Source: a virus
Taxonomy: Duplodnaviria > Caudoviricetes
Length of the DNA: 64,000 bases
Strand: one strand, 5' to 3'
IMG/VR virus record: IMGVR_UViG_3300042543_000618
Span: 12,904 to 76,903 of that record
Part shown: piece by piece, positions 9,135 through 16,656 of the stretch
How positions within the stretch are numbered: position 1 is the stretch's first letter
Layout of the letters: each line of letters starts with the position of its first letter
Notes under the pieces: model-generated
The model's input: the letters and a program-made list of their open reading frames with translations, nothing else
Told to the model about the DNA's origin: nothing
Database searches by the model: none
Made by a program: the position numbers and the translations under genes

Positions 9135-9704
9135 TTACAGACCTCCTAGCCATTCTTGTGGTGTGCGAGCGTGTTTTCTGCTGTTGCAGGAGCGGCAGCA
9201 GGTGGCCAAATTGTCTGGCTCATCAGAACCACCCTTGCTGTAGGGAATCACATGGTCAAGGGTTAAATCCTCCGTCGCGCTGCAGTAAACACAGCAATAC
9301 CCATCGCGCTCGAAAACAGCATCTCTGTGTCTCCTGTACGCTCCGTCCCTGTGCAGCGGCGGCAGCCCTTGCTCTCGCCTGGGTAACGACCTGATGTAGG
9401 CGACCCTTTCCGCGATCGCGGGGCAATAAAGGATTCTCTCCGCCCATAGCTGACGGTCTATCAGTCCAACCCCCGCCATGGTGTCGAATACCCGACAAAG
9501 GTCTTGAACGCTTGGGATTTTTAAGTCTTCAGCCAAGTCTTCTAACCAAAGAGAGTCGGCAACAATCTGAAAGCTGCCCTCCTCGGCGTGTAATTTTTCT
9601 AACAATACGCACCATATGCCATAGCCCGCTATACCGTGCTCCCGAAGTAATTTTCGGATTTTGCGGTTGCGAAGCATATTTGTATCATGCTGAAACCATT
9701 TCAT
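9135..9704 (-). CDS. DUF4373/Lin1244-like domain fused to HNH endonuclease
   Basis: MKWFQHD...GYGIWCVLLE; VFERDGYCCVYC...LTLDHVIPYSKGG...NLATCCRSCNSRK. Confidence 0.8.
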   Translation of the reverse strand: MKWFQHDTNMLRNRKIRKLLREHGIAGYGIWCVLLEKLHAEEGSFQIVADSLWLEDLAEDLKIPSVQDLCRVFDTMAGVGLIDRQLWAERILYCPAIAERVAYIRSLPRREQGLPPLHRDGAYRRHRDAVFERDGYCCVYCSATEDLTLDHVIPYSKGGSDEPDNLATCCRSCNSRKHARTPQEWLGGL

Positions 9705-9780
9705 GGTAAAATTGCCTCCATTGGTGTTACCTCTACCGGTTGGTTGTTGCTCTAACTGGTGGTTATTGGCAATAAACAAC

Positions 9781-9816
9781 AAAAAGGCGATCGCATAACC
9801 GGCGATCGCCTTTTTT
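9781..9816. terminator. Bidirectional terminator with a HIP1-HIP1 stem
   Basis: AAAAAGGCGATCGC-ataaccg-GCGATCGCCTTTTTT. Confidence 0.75.
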
Positions 9817-9817
9817 A

Positions 9818-10216
9818 TTACGCTGCCCCGTCGTAGGTAGCCTTGATGGCCCTAAAGCCTGACTCTATATCCCTAAATGCTCTGGGCAATAAATACTTCA
9901 CGGCAAATTGTGGAGGGTTCAGCCCCTCGATCTGAGCGGCTGTCCGGATCGTATCATAGCCCTCCTTGGTAAAGATCAAGGCTAGGTTGGGCTCACCGGG
10001 CTTGCGGGCGATCGCCTTAAATCCTTTACCGTCCGGCCCCGCTTCAATCACCTTCTTTGCCGCTGCCACCAGGATTTTCTCCTGGTAAGCGATCGGCTTC
10101 ATGTTCCTTAGTGCGGCAGCGCCCATTACTACCCGGGTATAGCGCCGGGGCAATGCAATCCGTCTGTACTCGGCCATATCATCACCTACAACTAACTGCG
10201 CCCTATTGTAGTGCAA
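9818..10216 (-). CDS. Putative DNA-binding regulator
   Basis: Basic 132 aa protein divergent from 10287-10637; RHH-like segments. Confidence 0.5.
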   Translation of the reverse strand: MHYNRAQLVVGDDMAEYRRIALPRRYTRVVMGAAALRNMKPIAYQEKILVAAAKKVIEAGPDGKGFKAIARKPGEPNLALIFTKEGYDTIRTAAQIEGLNPPQFAVKYLLPRAFRDIESGFRAIKATYDGAA

Positions 10217-10286
10217 ATGTGCTAGGTTTCACATTTTTACAACTGGGGTTTAGAATTGCGATAGACCGGGTGTTACTTGTAGGTAG

Positions 10287-10637
10287 TTGAAAATGGCTGA
10301 TGAACGAAAAACGTATGTCACTGATGAGGGCAACCGCAATTTTAAGCGGTTGGTTGATGCTTTAAGAGCAAAACGCGACAATCTGCCCTGGACAGACTTT
10401 ACCCAATGGATAAGCGATCGCTCTGGCATCCCTCTTTCAAAAGACATCCTTTACCGTGGGGGGCGACTGGCGAAGACGCCCGCCTGGATCGTTTTGGTTG
10501 CTCTATCCAGGGTGCCGGAGTTCACTTTCCTTGAGAGTACGGCCCGTCCATCGATAGATGACCTGACAAAAGTGCTGTTAGGTGAGATGGACGTTTATGG
10601 CCACACCATCAGACGGGAGGCGAACCACAGCTCTTAA
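10287..10637 (+). CDS. Putative repressor-like HTH protein
   Basis: WTDFTQWISDRSGIPLSKDILYR HTH-like segment; divergent switch arrangement. Confidence 0.5.
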   Translation: MKMADERKTYVTDEGNRNFKRLVDALRAKRDNLPWTDFTQWISDRSGIPLSKDILYRGGRLAKTPAWIVLVALSRVPEFTFLESTARPSIDDLTKVLLGEMDVYGHTIRREANHSS

Positions 10638-10995
10638 GAGCAAGGTCAATCCTTCCGTCCACCAGTTTCGTCTCATCAGGGTATAGCTTTTCTAGCCGTG
10701 CTGCATCTACCTTCAGCTCAAACCCTCCCCTGATTTCGACAGAGGTCAGGGGAATTATGTTTTTAGTAATACCAATAATTGCCAAAAGATTATTTGCAAT
10801 AAGAGTGCCAACGGTAGCGTTAGCTACATAAAAGTAAATTGTATATCCCCCTTTGGGGTGGCGCTTTAGCTGCATATCACAGCCGGCGGGCACAAGCGGG
10901 CCAAGGTTAGCCGCTATCAGTTGCGCGATCGCGCTTAATGGAGGCGGTGGTAAAAATGCCATAGAAGTAAGTAGAAGTACTGAATCAATTATCAC
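10609..10995 (-). CDS. Hypothetical protein
   Basis: 128 aa AT-rich ORF. Confidence 0.5.
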   Translation of the reverse strand: MIIDSVLLLTSMAFLPPPPLSAIAQLIAANLGPLVPAGCDMQLKRHPKGGYTIYFYVANATVGTLIANNLLAIIGITKNIIPLTSVEIRGGFELKVDAARLEKLYPDETKLVDGRIDLALKSCGSPPV

Positions 10996-11233
10996 CAGTT
11001 TTGTCTGCCTTGACAGAATCCCTAAGTAATTTCCTGCTAACTAAAATTTTGTTGTACCGTTCCGCAAGGCGATAGACTCCATCCATCCATACGTCGCGGT
11101 GGCCATCGCCATCAGTAACCCCGATCGCTTCAAACAATCGCTGGGCGTCTTCCAGTAAATCCTCGGGGACGTTGATCTTGATTTCTTTCAGTCTCCGCTT
11201 GCTAGCAGGCATCGGTTCTGTGATGGGGAACAT
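10985..11233 (-). CDS. Small RHH-like DNA-binding protein
   Basis: KEIKINVPEDLLEDAQRL strand-helix pattern. Confidence 0.5.
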   Translation of the reverse strand: MFPITEPMPASKRRLKEIKINVPEDLLEDAQRLFEAIGVTDGDGHRDVWMDGVYRLAERYNKILVSRKLLRDSVKADKTGDN

Positions 11234-11303
11234 CTGATTTTACTCCATCGGGGTAGTGCGCCCATTTTAGCGCCTTCTCCCTACTTAACCCCTAGATAGG
11301 GGG

Positions 11304-11333
11304 TTGACAGGGAGAATACAACGGAACTACAGT
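11304..11333 (+). promoter_or_regulatory. Sigma70-type promoter of the plus-strand island
   Basis: TTGACA-18 nt-TACAGT; imperfect palindrome AACCCCTA/TAGGGGGTT abuts the -35. Confidence 0.6.
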
Positions 11334-11349
11334 ACAGGAGTCCTAGAGC

Positions 11350-11739
11350 GTGGAAGTTCCACGAAGTTCCATGGAAGTAACCGTCACCTACACCTACACC
11401 AAACTCAAAGCCTTGCTGGCAGAGAGTTTGAGCCGTGGAAGTATTCCTACTTCCACGCTATCCCGGTGGATGGCAAAACTGGGCTATGAACCTGGTCAGC
11501 CTGGCCGCCGGCGGCAGTGGGATCAGGAGGATGCCCTAGCGCTGGTTTGTTACGGGCAGTGCATGGGCTGGGGTTACACTCACCAAGAAGCCTTGGACTA
11601 TACGCTCAGACAAGTTGAAAAATATCGCTCACATCAGGAGACGAACGATGGCTCTCAATACCGACAAGCTCAACCAACCCCGCAATCCGGGGGCGACTGT
11701 ACCCAACTGTACCCAGTCGGGGCCGACTGTACCCAGTGA
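11350..11739 (+). CDS. MerR/excisionase-like HTH protein
   Basis: IPTSTLSRWMAKLG...RRRQWDQED pattern. Confidence 0.55.
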   Translation: MEVPRSSMEVTVTYTYTKLKALLAESLSRGSIPTSTLSRWMAKLGYEPGQPGRRRQWDQEDALALVCYGQCMGWGYTHQEALDYTLRQVEKYRSHQETNDGSQYRQAQPTPQSGGDCTQLYPVGADCTQ

Positions 11740-12061
11740 GGCAGGTAGCCTTGCCATATCTCACCCCCTTCAGCTAGCGCTAAAGGAACAGCGGGACCAT
11801 GCCCAAGGCATTCAAGAAGCCGCGATCGCGGCTATTGACCGAGTGGCCCATCAGAACGCTGAGTTTTTGGCCGCTGCTATGAGCGGACAGCTGATGTGGG
11901 GGCGTACAGCGCAGTTGCTTCAGGAGCAATTGGAAACGCTCCCAAAGTCCACGGCGGCAGTGGCCCTGGACCTAGAACCACTGCCCGCGTTGTCTTGGAA
12001 GCAAAGCAGGGCAACTTTGAGCCCTTCCTCCGCCTCATCGGTGGATTGCAAGGCTGAATGA
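11648..12061 (+). CDS. Hypothetical coiled-coil protein
   Basis: AGGAG RBS before ATG 11648 (MALNTDKL...). Confidence 0.6.
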   Translation: MALNTDKLNQPRNPGATVPNCTQSGPTVPSEAGSLAISHPLQLALKEQRDHAQGIQEAAIAAIDRVAHQNAEFLAAAMSGQLMWGRTAQLLQEQLETLPKSTAAVALDLEPLPALSWKQSRATLSPSSASSVDCKAE

Positions 12062-12070
12062 CTGCTCCAG

Positions 12071-12106
12071 GCGATCGCGTAGCGCTTTCGTTGCGCGATC
12101 GCTTTT
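12071..12106 (+). terminator. Intrinsic terminator with a HIP1-HIP1 stem
   Basis: GCGATCGCGTAGCG-cttt-CGTTGCGCGATCGC-TTTT. Confidence 0.65.
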
Positions 12107-12132
12107 CTGACTAACACTCACTCAAAAGACCG

Positions 12133-12453
12133 ATGGAAGATAACCAATGCACGGAGTTTGAATACGCGGATGGCACGACTAGCGAGTGCTTGTCTGCAAT
12201 AGACATTGAGCAACGTGGGTTGCGCAATTGCGACACCCACGTACAGGTAGATAGCCAGACCTATTGCGCTGGGCAAGAGCCTAGGCAGGCAGAGGTGCTA
12301 GGCATCCCCCAGGGCGCTACGGCGGTTGATACACCGATGGCTGGGCCGGTGTTAGATCCTGGCATTTTGGTCGCTGGTGCCGGGCTTACAGCGGCGGCAT
12401 TGTTTGCCATGTCTCGCACCAAAAAGGAGGTAAAGAAAAATGGAAACCGTTGA
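12133..12453 (+). CDS. Hypothetical protein, Cys-containing, C-terminal TM helix
   Basis: GILVAGAGLTAAALFAM followed by a basic tail. Confidence 0.65.
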   Translation: MEDNQCTEFEYADGTTSECLSAIDIEQRGLRNCDTHVQVDSQTYCAGQEPRQAEVLGIPQGATAVDTPMAGPVLDPGILVAGAGLTAAALFAMSRTKKEVKKNGNR

Positions 12454-12994
12454 TGTAAAAGCAATTACCCTCGCTAAGCCACAGGAAAAGCTGGCAATCG
12501 CCCGCCATGCTTGGGAGCAGTTACCTCCTACAAGGCGCAAAGAGGGGAATCTTGCGGTGTTGCAAAATGCGATCGCTGAAAATCCTGTTGCGTTCCTTCA
12601 ACTTTGTCGGCAAGAAGGGTTACCGGTTATCGTGTTCAACCACACAACTGAGCACCACCATCACCACGGCAGCAGCCTTGCCCCTGGGGGCCAGGAAGGC
12701 GGTTTAACCGCCGCTGATGTCCTAGCTATCGTCCAAGCGGCCCAGCCCCCTCAGCAGGCGTCTACAGGCGTCTCTGAGATGATGGCGATGGTGGCCCAGC
12801 AGCAGCAGCGTTCTGATGCGTTGTTAGCGGCCATGATGGCGCAATCGCGGCAACAACCGGCTCCCCATATCGAGATAAACCCTAATATCAGCGTCAACGT
12901 TGATGTTGATGACAACTATACCCACCCGGGTGGGGTAGTGATTATCGCCGGTCTGTTTTTCGGTATTTTGTTTGCCTGCGTCGCGGGGAAATAA
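12440..12994 (+). CDS. Hypothetical membrane-anchored protein
   Basis: AAGGAGG RBS; His tract, Gln-rich segment, C-terminal TM. Confidence 0.7.
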   Translation: METVDVKAITLAKPQEKLAIARHAWEQLPPTRRKEGNLAVLQNAIAENPVAFLQLCRQEGLPVIVFNHTTEHHHHHGSSLAPGGQEGGLTAADVLAIVQAAQPPQQASTGVSEMMAMVAQQQQRSDALLAAMMAQSRQQPAPHIEINPNISVNVDVDDNYTHPGGVVIIAGLFFGILFACVAGK

Positions 12995-12997
12995 ATA

Positions 12998-13645
12998 ATG
13001 CAGGGTGCGATCGCTTTTTTTTTCTTTCTTGCTTTGGGTGTTGGTACCGCCAAGCTTGCCCAGTGGGATAACGAGCGAGAGCGGATGGAATTGGTCGCCA
13101 AGACAGGCGGGGAGGGGTCGCCTTGGCTAACAAGTCCGTCTATGACTACCGCCAGAGTTGAGGCAAAGAAACCGTCAGTGCGGGCGACTGCCTCTAAGCA
13201 ATTCTGGGATGAGCTGGATCGTAGATATTCAAAAGAAGAAGTCGATGAGATCGAGCGTTATCCCTGGACAGGTGTAGACTCACCCGCCGCCGCCCCTGAG
13301 CCCACCCCCCTACATACGCCTGAAACCCTGGTGCAACCAGCATTTCAACCGGTTGTAGCAACTGGTTGTACAACCGGTGGAGCAACCGGTTGTAGTGAGG
13401 TAGAAACACTACCCTCTAGCGAGTGGTTGGAGCAAAACAAATGCTTTTTTCCAGTGCATTTACCGCCTGCTCAAGTTACTAATTACCGCGATCGCAAAGC
13501 GTTGATTGACGCGTCTGTTTGGGTGGAGCGGGCATTAACCGCAGGGGTTAGTCAAAACAAGATCGTCACTGTCGTGTTTGGCCAGTCCAAAGGGACTGAA
13601 AAGTATAACCGTATTGTTTCTTTGATAAAGGACGTTAAATCATGA
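12998..13645 (+). CDS. N-terminally anchored protein with C-terminal HTH-like domain
   Basis: Hydrophobic N-terminus; VSQNKIVTVVFGQSKGTEKYNRI. Confidence 0.65.
   Translation: MQGAIAFFFFLALGVGTAKLAQWDNERERMELVAKTGGEGSPWLTSPSMTTARVEAKKPSVRATASKQFWDELDRRYSKEEVDEIERYPWTGVDSPAAAPEPTPLHTPETLVQPAFQPVVATGCTTGGATGCSEVETLPSSEWLEQNKCFFPVHLPPAQVTNYRDRKALIDASVWVERALTAGVSQNKIVTVVFGQSKGTEKYNRIVSLIKDVKS
13334..13392. repeat. Tandem CAACCGGTTG palindromic repeats (five copies, first degenerate; 12-13 bp period)
   Basis: Copies at 13334, 13346, 13359, 13371 and 13383. Confidence 0.75.
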
Positions 13646-14217
13646 CCGCGATAGGCCGCAACCCAATGATTAGCCGTAGCCTAAACTACGGCGCATTAAC
13701 CATCGCAGGATTGTTAATGTTAACTAACATTCACTACTCGGCGGTAGGCATAGGCGCAGTGGCCGGTGCTGCTGCAACGACAGAATTTACTCCGGTGGCC
13801 GCCCGGGCGGGTATGGAGGGGCTAATCGCCCGTTATGGCAGCGCGGTGGCAACCGATATGCTTTGCCTAGTGATTAGCGGAATTATTTTTCATCCCCAGG
13901 GGTTGCCACTGGCCTATGAAGAGATTAAGCGGCTAAGCAGCGACAATGCGATTAGTCGCTCTTTGGGCACGATCGTTACTATCGGGATCGTGTTGACGCT
14001 AGGGTATGGCGGTTTTTGGGCGTATTCTTACAACCTAAAAACGTCCATGCTAGCCTTTGGCGTGCCATCACTTTGGGCGGTATCAGCTTTCCCAGTCTGG
14101 CTAAATGTGGTTGGGCCAGAAATTTTCTTCCATGGCACTCACTTTTATGGCCGCCTACTAAAAGGGAACGAAAATGCTAAGATGACGGGGGGGAATAGTG
14201 GGTATAGGCTCGAATGA
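13642..14217 (+). CDS. Multi-pass membrane protein
   Basis: About four hydrophobic segments; ATGA coupling. Confidence 0.7.
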   Translation: MTAIGRNPMISRSLNYGALTIAGLLMLTNIHYSAVGIGAVAGAAATTEFTPVAARAGMEGLIARYGSAVATDMLCLVISGIIFHPQGLPLAYEEIKRLSSDNAISRSLGTIVTIGIVLTLGYGGFWAYSYNLKTSMLAFGVPSLWAVSAFPVWLNVVGPEIFFHGTHFYGRLLKGNENAKMTGGNSGYRLE

Positions 14218-14408
14218 CACTAATGCGAATACTTGCCGCCATCCAGGCGGCTTTTGAATGGTCAAAGCAAAGACCCCACAGCCTAGGCTATGGGGTCTTT
14301 TTAGTAATGTTGGCGCAATTTCGCGCTGGGGATGTAATTATGCTTGCCGCTGGCCTAGCCGCGATCGCGGGGGGTGCGATCGGCACCTGGCGCTACTTCA
14401 AGACGTAG
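14214..14408 (+). CDS. Small two-TM membrane protein
   Basis: 64 aa hydrophobic; ATGA coupling. Confidence 0.55.
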   Translation: MTLMRILAAIQAAFEWSKQRPHSLGYGVFLVMLAQFRAGDVIMLAAGLAAIAGGAIGTWRYFKT

Positions 14409-14898
14409 CTGCTAACATCCCCTCCGCTGTGATCGCTAGCGGGATATGCTCATCCTCGGCCATGGCGCTGAGGGCATTTAGCTGTGCCTCGGTGAAGCTA
14501 TAGCTATGGTGGTTCCATAGCGCTATCAAGGGCTCCGGGTCGCCCATCGCCCCACCATTGCGTAAGGTTTGCAGGCGGCCCACCAAGGCAGGGAATAACG
14601 GGTTAGTGGCCAGGATAGCCAGGATGTCGATGTCGGCCACTAAGCGATCTGCTAGGTTGCCCCAGTTGGGCAGTACTGGCGGGGGTGGAGGCGGGGGTGG
14701 CTCCTGCCAGGTGTTGGTGCCATTGTCCCAGTAGGCGGTATCGCTGGGGCGATCGGGTTTGAACTGAATGGCGGTACCGTCGTAATAGAGATCGTCGCGG
14801 CTAGCGTCTGGCCCCTCGACGGCTAACCATCCACCGGGGGCAAGTGCGATCGTTGATAGCCCAGCAATTTGGCCGGTTTCATCGATTAGGTAAAACAT
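14398..14898 (-). CDS. Tail fibre assembly-like protein
   Basis: Follows the fibre gene; PDRPSDTAYWDNGTNTWQ motif. Confidence 0.6.
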   Translation of the reverse strand: MFYLIDETGQIAGLSTIALAPGGWLAVEGPDASRDDLYYDGTAIQFKPDRPSDTAYWDNGTNTWQEPPPPPPPPVLPNWGNLADRLVADIDILAILATNPLFPALVGRLQTLRNGGAMGDPEPLIALWNHHSYSFTEAQLNALSAMAEDEHIPLAITAEGMLAATS

Positions 14899-16262
14899 TA
14901 GGCAACCTCCTTCCAGGTGCGTTGGATGACTATGCCGGTGCTACCGGTCGTCCCGGCGGTAGCACCTCCCCCATTGGTGCCGCCATTGCCACCATAGCCA
15001 GCGCCGAAGCCACCACCAGGAGATCCGCCGGGGCCAGAACCGCTACCACCGGTGCCGCCACTTGCGCTAATAGTCGCGCCGCCTTGGTAATTGATTGTTG
15101 GTGCGGTCAGAAATATCCATCCGCCACCGCCACCGCCACCGCCACTGAGTGGCCATGATGCTTCGGCTGTTCGCGCCCCAGTGCCGCCATTACCTCCCCT
15201 GACGGTGATAATCGCGGTGCCGGTATAGCCATTCTGGTTTAAGGTGATTGTAACTAGGCTGGATAGGCTAACCAGTCCACCGCTGCCTCCGCCTCCGCCT
15301 GATGCCACACCTGTGCTGCCAGTGGTTCCGGTTACCGCTCCATTGGTGCCGTTACCGCCATCGGCTGCAATGCAAGGATTGCTTTCATTCTGGGTGAGCG
15401 CGATCGCCCCTGCCGCTTCGATAATCAATCCACCACCGCCGTCGCCGCCGTAGCCTGCCCGCAGGTCATTCTGTCCAGTGCCGCTGATATAGCCTGCTGT
15501 GCCACCACTGCCGAAAAGTTGGGCGCTTGGTGGATAGCTGGTGCCAGCTAGCCCGTAGGCACTTCCTGCTGCTGCAGGTCGTTGGCCGCCAATGCCAAAG
15601 CCAGGTTCGCCGCCCAAGGGGCCAATTGGCGAGTTGACGTAGAATAACCCTACCCCTCCGGGCGCTGCTGTAGTGACCGTTATTTTGCCATTGATGGTAA
15701 CGGTGCCAGTGCAATGAATTCGAGCAAATTTGTTGACGGTGACGGTGTGGCCCGCATTGATAGTTAAGTTCCTGTAAAAGTATGTACCCTCGTTAAGGGT
15801 CACATTTCCAGTAGTACTAAAGTCTGTATTGGTCCCTCGGGCATTGCCACCAAACAACCTCACCCGATCGCTGACCGCCCAAGTGCCTGCCCCAGTCCGC
15901 TCGATGGGTCCGGTGGTTGAGATGGCGGCGATCGCATCCAGGTCCGCATCCCAGGCTTGAACATTAGAGCCAATGGTTAACCCCAGTGCGGTTCGTTGGG
16001 CGGCGGCATCAGCGGCCCCTGTCACCGCCTCCCCGGCATTGGTGAGGGGGAAGGTGGTCCAAGTATTAGCGCCGGTGCGCTTGATACCCCCGGTGGTAGT
16101 GATAGCCGCAACGGCGGCGAGGTCCGCGTCATAGGCTTGAACGGTAGAGCCGATCGCGCCGGGTTGGAGGGCACTATCGGCCAGCGTCCCCTGGGCTTTG
16201 CTGGCAAAGTAGCGCCGTAGTTCTTGCAGGATTAGGGGAATATCCCCAAAGTTAAACGCCAT
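14898..16262 (-). CDS. Glycine-rich tail fibre protein
   Basis: Two IGSxVQAxDADL repeats; Gly-rich C-terminal domain. Confidence 0.75.
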   Translation of the reverse strand: MAFNFGDIPLILQELRRYFASKAQGTLADSALQPGAIGSTVQAYDADLAAVAAITTTGGIKRTGANTWTTFPLTNAGEAVTGAADAAAQRTALGLTIGSNVQAWDADLDAIAAISTTGPIERTGAGTWAVSDRVRLFGGNARGTNTDFSTTGNVTLNEGTYFYRNLTINAGHTVTVNKFARIHCTGTVTINGKITVTTAAPGGVGLFYVNSPIGPLGGEPGFGIGGQRPAAAGSAYGLAGTSYPPSAQLFGSGGTAGYISGTGQNDLRAGYGGDGGGGLIIEAAGAIALTQNESNPCIAADGGNGTNGAVTGTTGSTGVASGGGGGSGGLVSLSSLVTITLNQNGYTGTAIITVRGGNGGTGARTAEASWPLSGGGGGGGGWIFLTAPTINYQGGATISASGGTGGSGSGPGGSPGGGFGAGYGGNGGTNGGGATAGTTGSTGIVIQRTWKEVA

Positions 16263-16264
16263 GG

Positions 16265-16645
16265 CTATACAGTCACTCGGGTGATAGAGGTCAGGTAATA
16301 GTTGGGGGCACTACCGGCATAGGCGTAGGTGTCAGTCACCGTATGGCCCGCGCTGGTGCTGGTATAGACGACGGTGGCAATGCGTTGGTTGGCGGTGCCA
16401 GGGTCGTTGTAGGTGTAGGCGATCGCTAGGTCTTCAGCATTAAGGACAAGCTGGGCATCGTTGGCACCGGTTGCCGCGTTGAGGGTATCAACGCCGGTCT
16501 TGATATTGTTGAGGACCGTTAGCTGAGCTGGGATAAGTCGGACAAATTGTCCTTCGTCGAGCGACAAGGGAGCGACAACATCCACCTTGGACGCATCGTC
16601 CAGGACCAGCTTTTTGTAACCATTTTCGACAGTGTATGTGGCCAT
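16265..16645 (-). CDS. Tail-associated structural protein
   Basis: 126 aa beta-rich ORF within the fibre cluster. Confidence 0.6.
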   Translation of the reverse strand: MATYTVENGYKKLVLDDASKVDVVAPLSLDEGQFVRLIPAQLTVLNNIKTGVDTLNAATGANDAQLVLNAEDLAIAYTYNDPGTANQRIATVVYTSTSAGHTVTDTYAYAGSAPNYYLTSITRVTV

Positions 16646-16656
16646 TAGTAATACCT

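Noticed and set aside
9705-9782. N-terminal extension of the HNH ORF to 9782
   Set aside because: That start overlaps the terminator; ATG 9704 has a GGAGG RBS and begins the recognisable domain
13334-13392. Possible CRISPR mini-array
   Set aside because: Repeats are 10 bp with 2-3 bp gaps; there are no spacers and no cas genes
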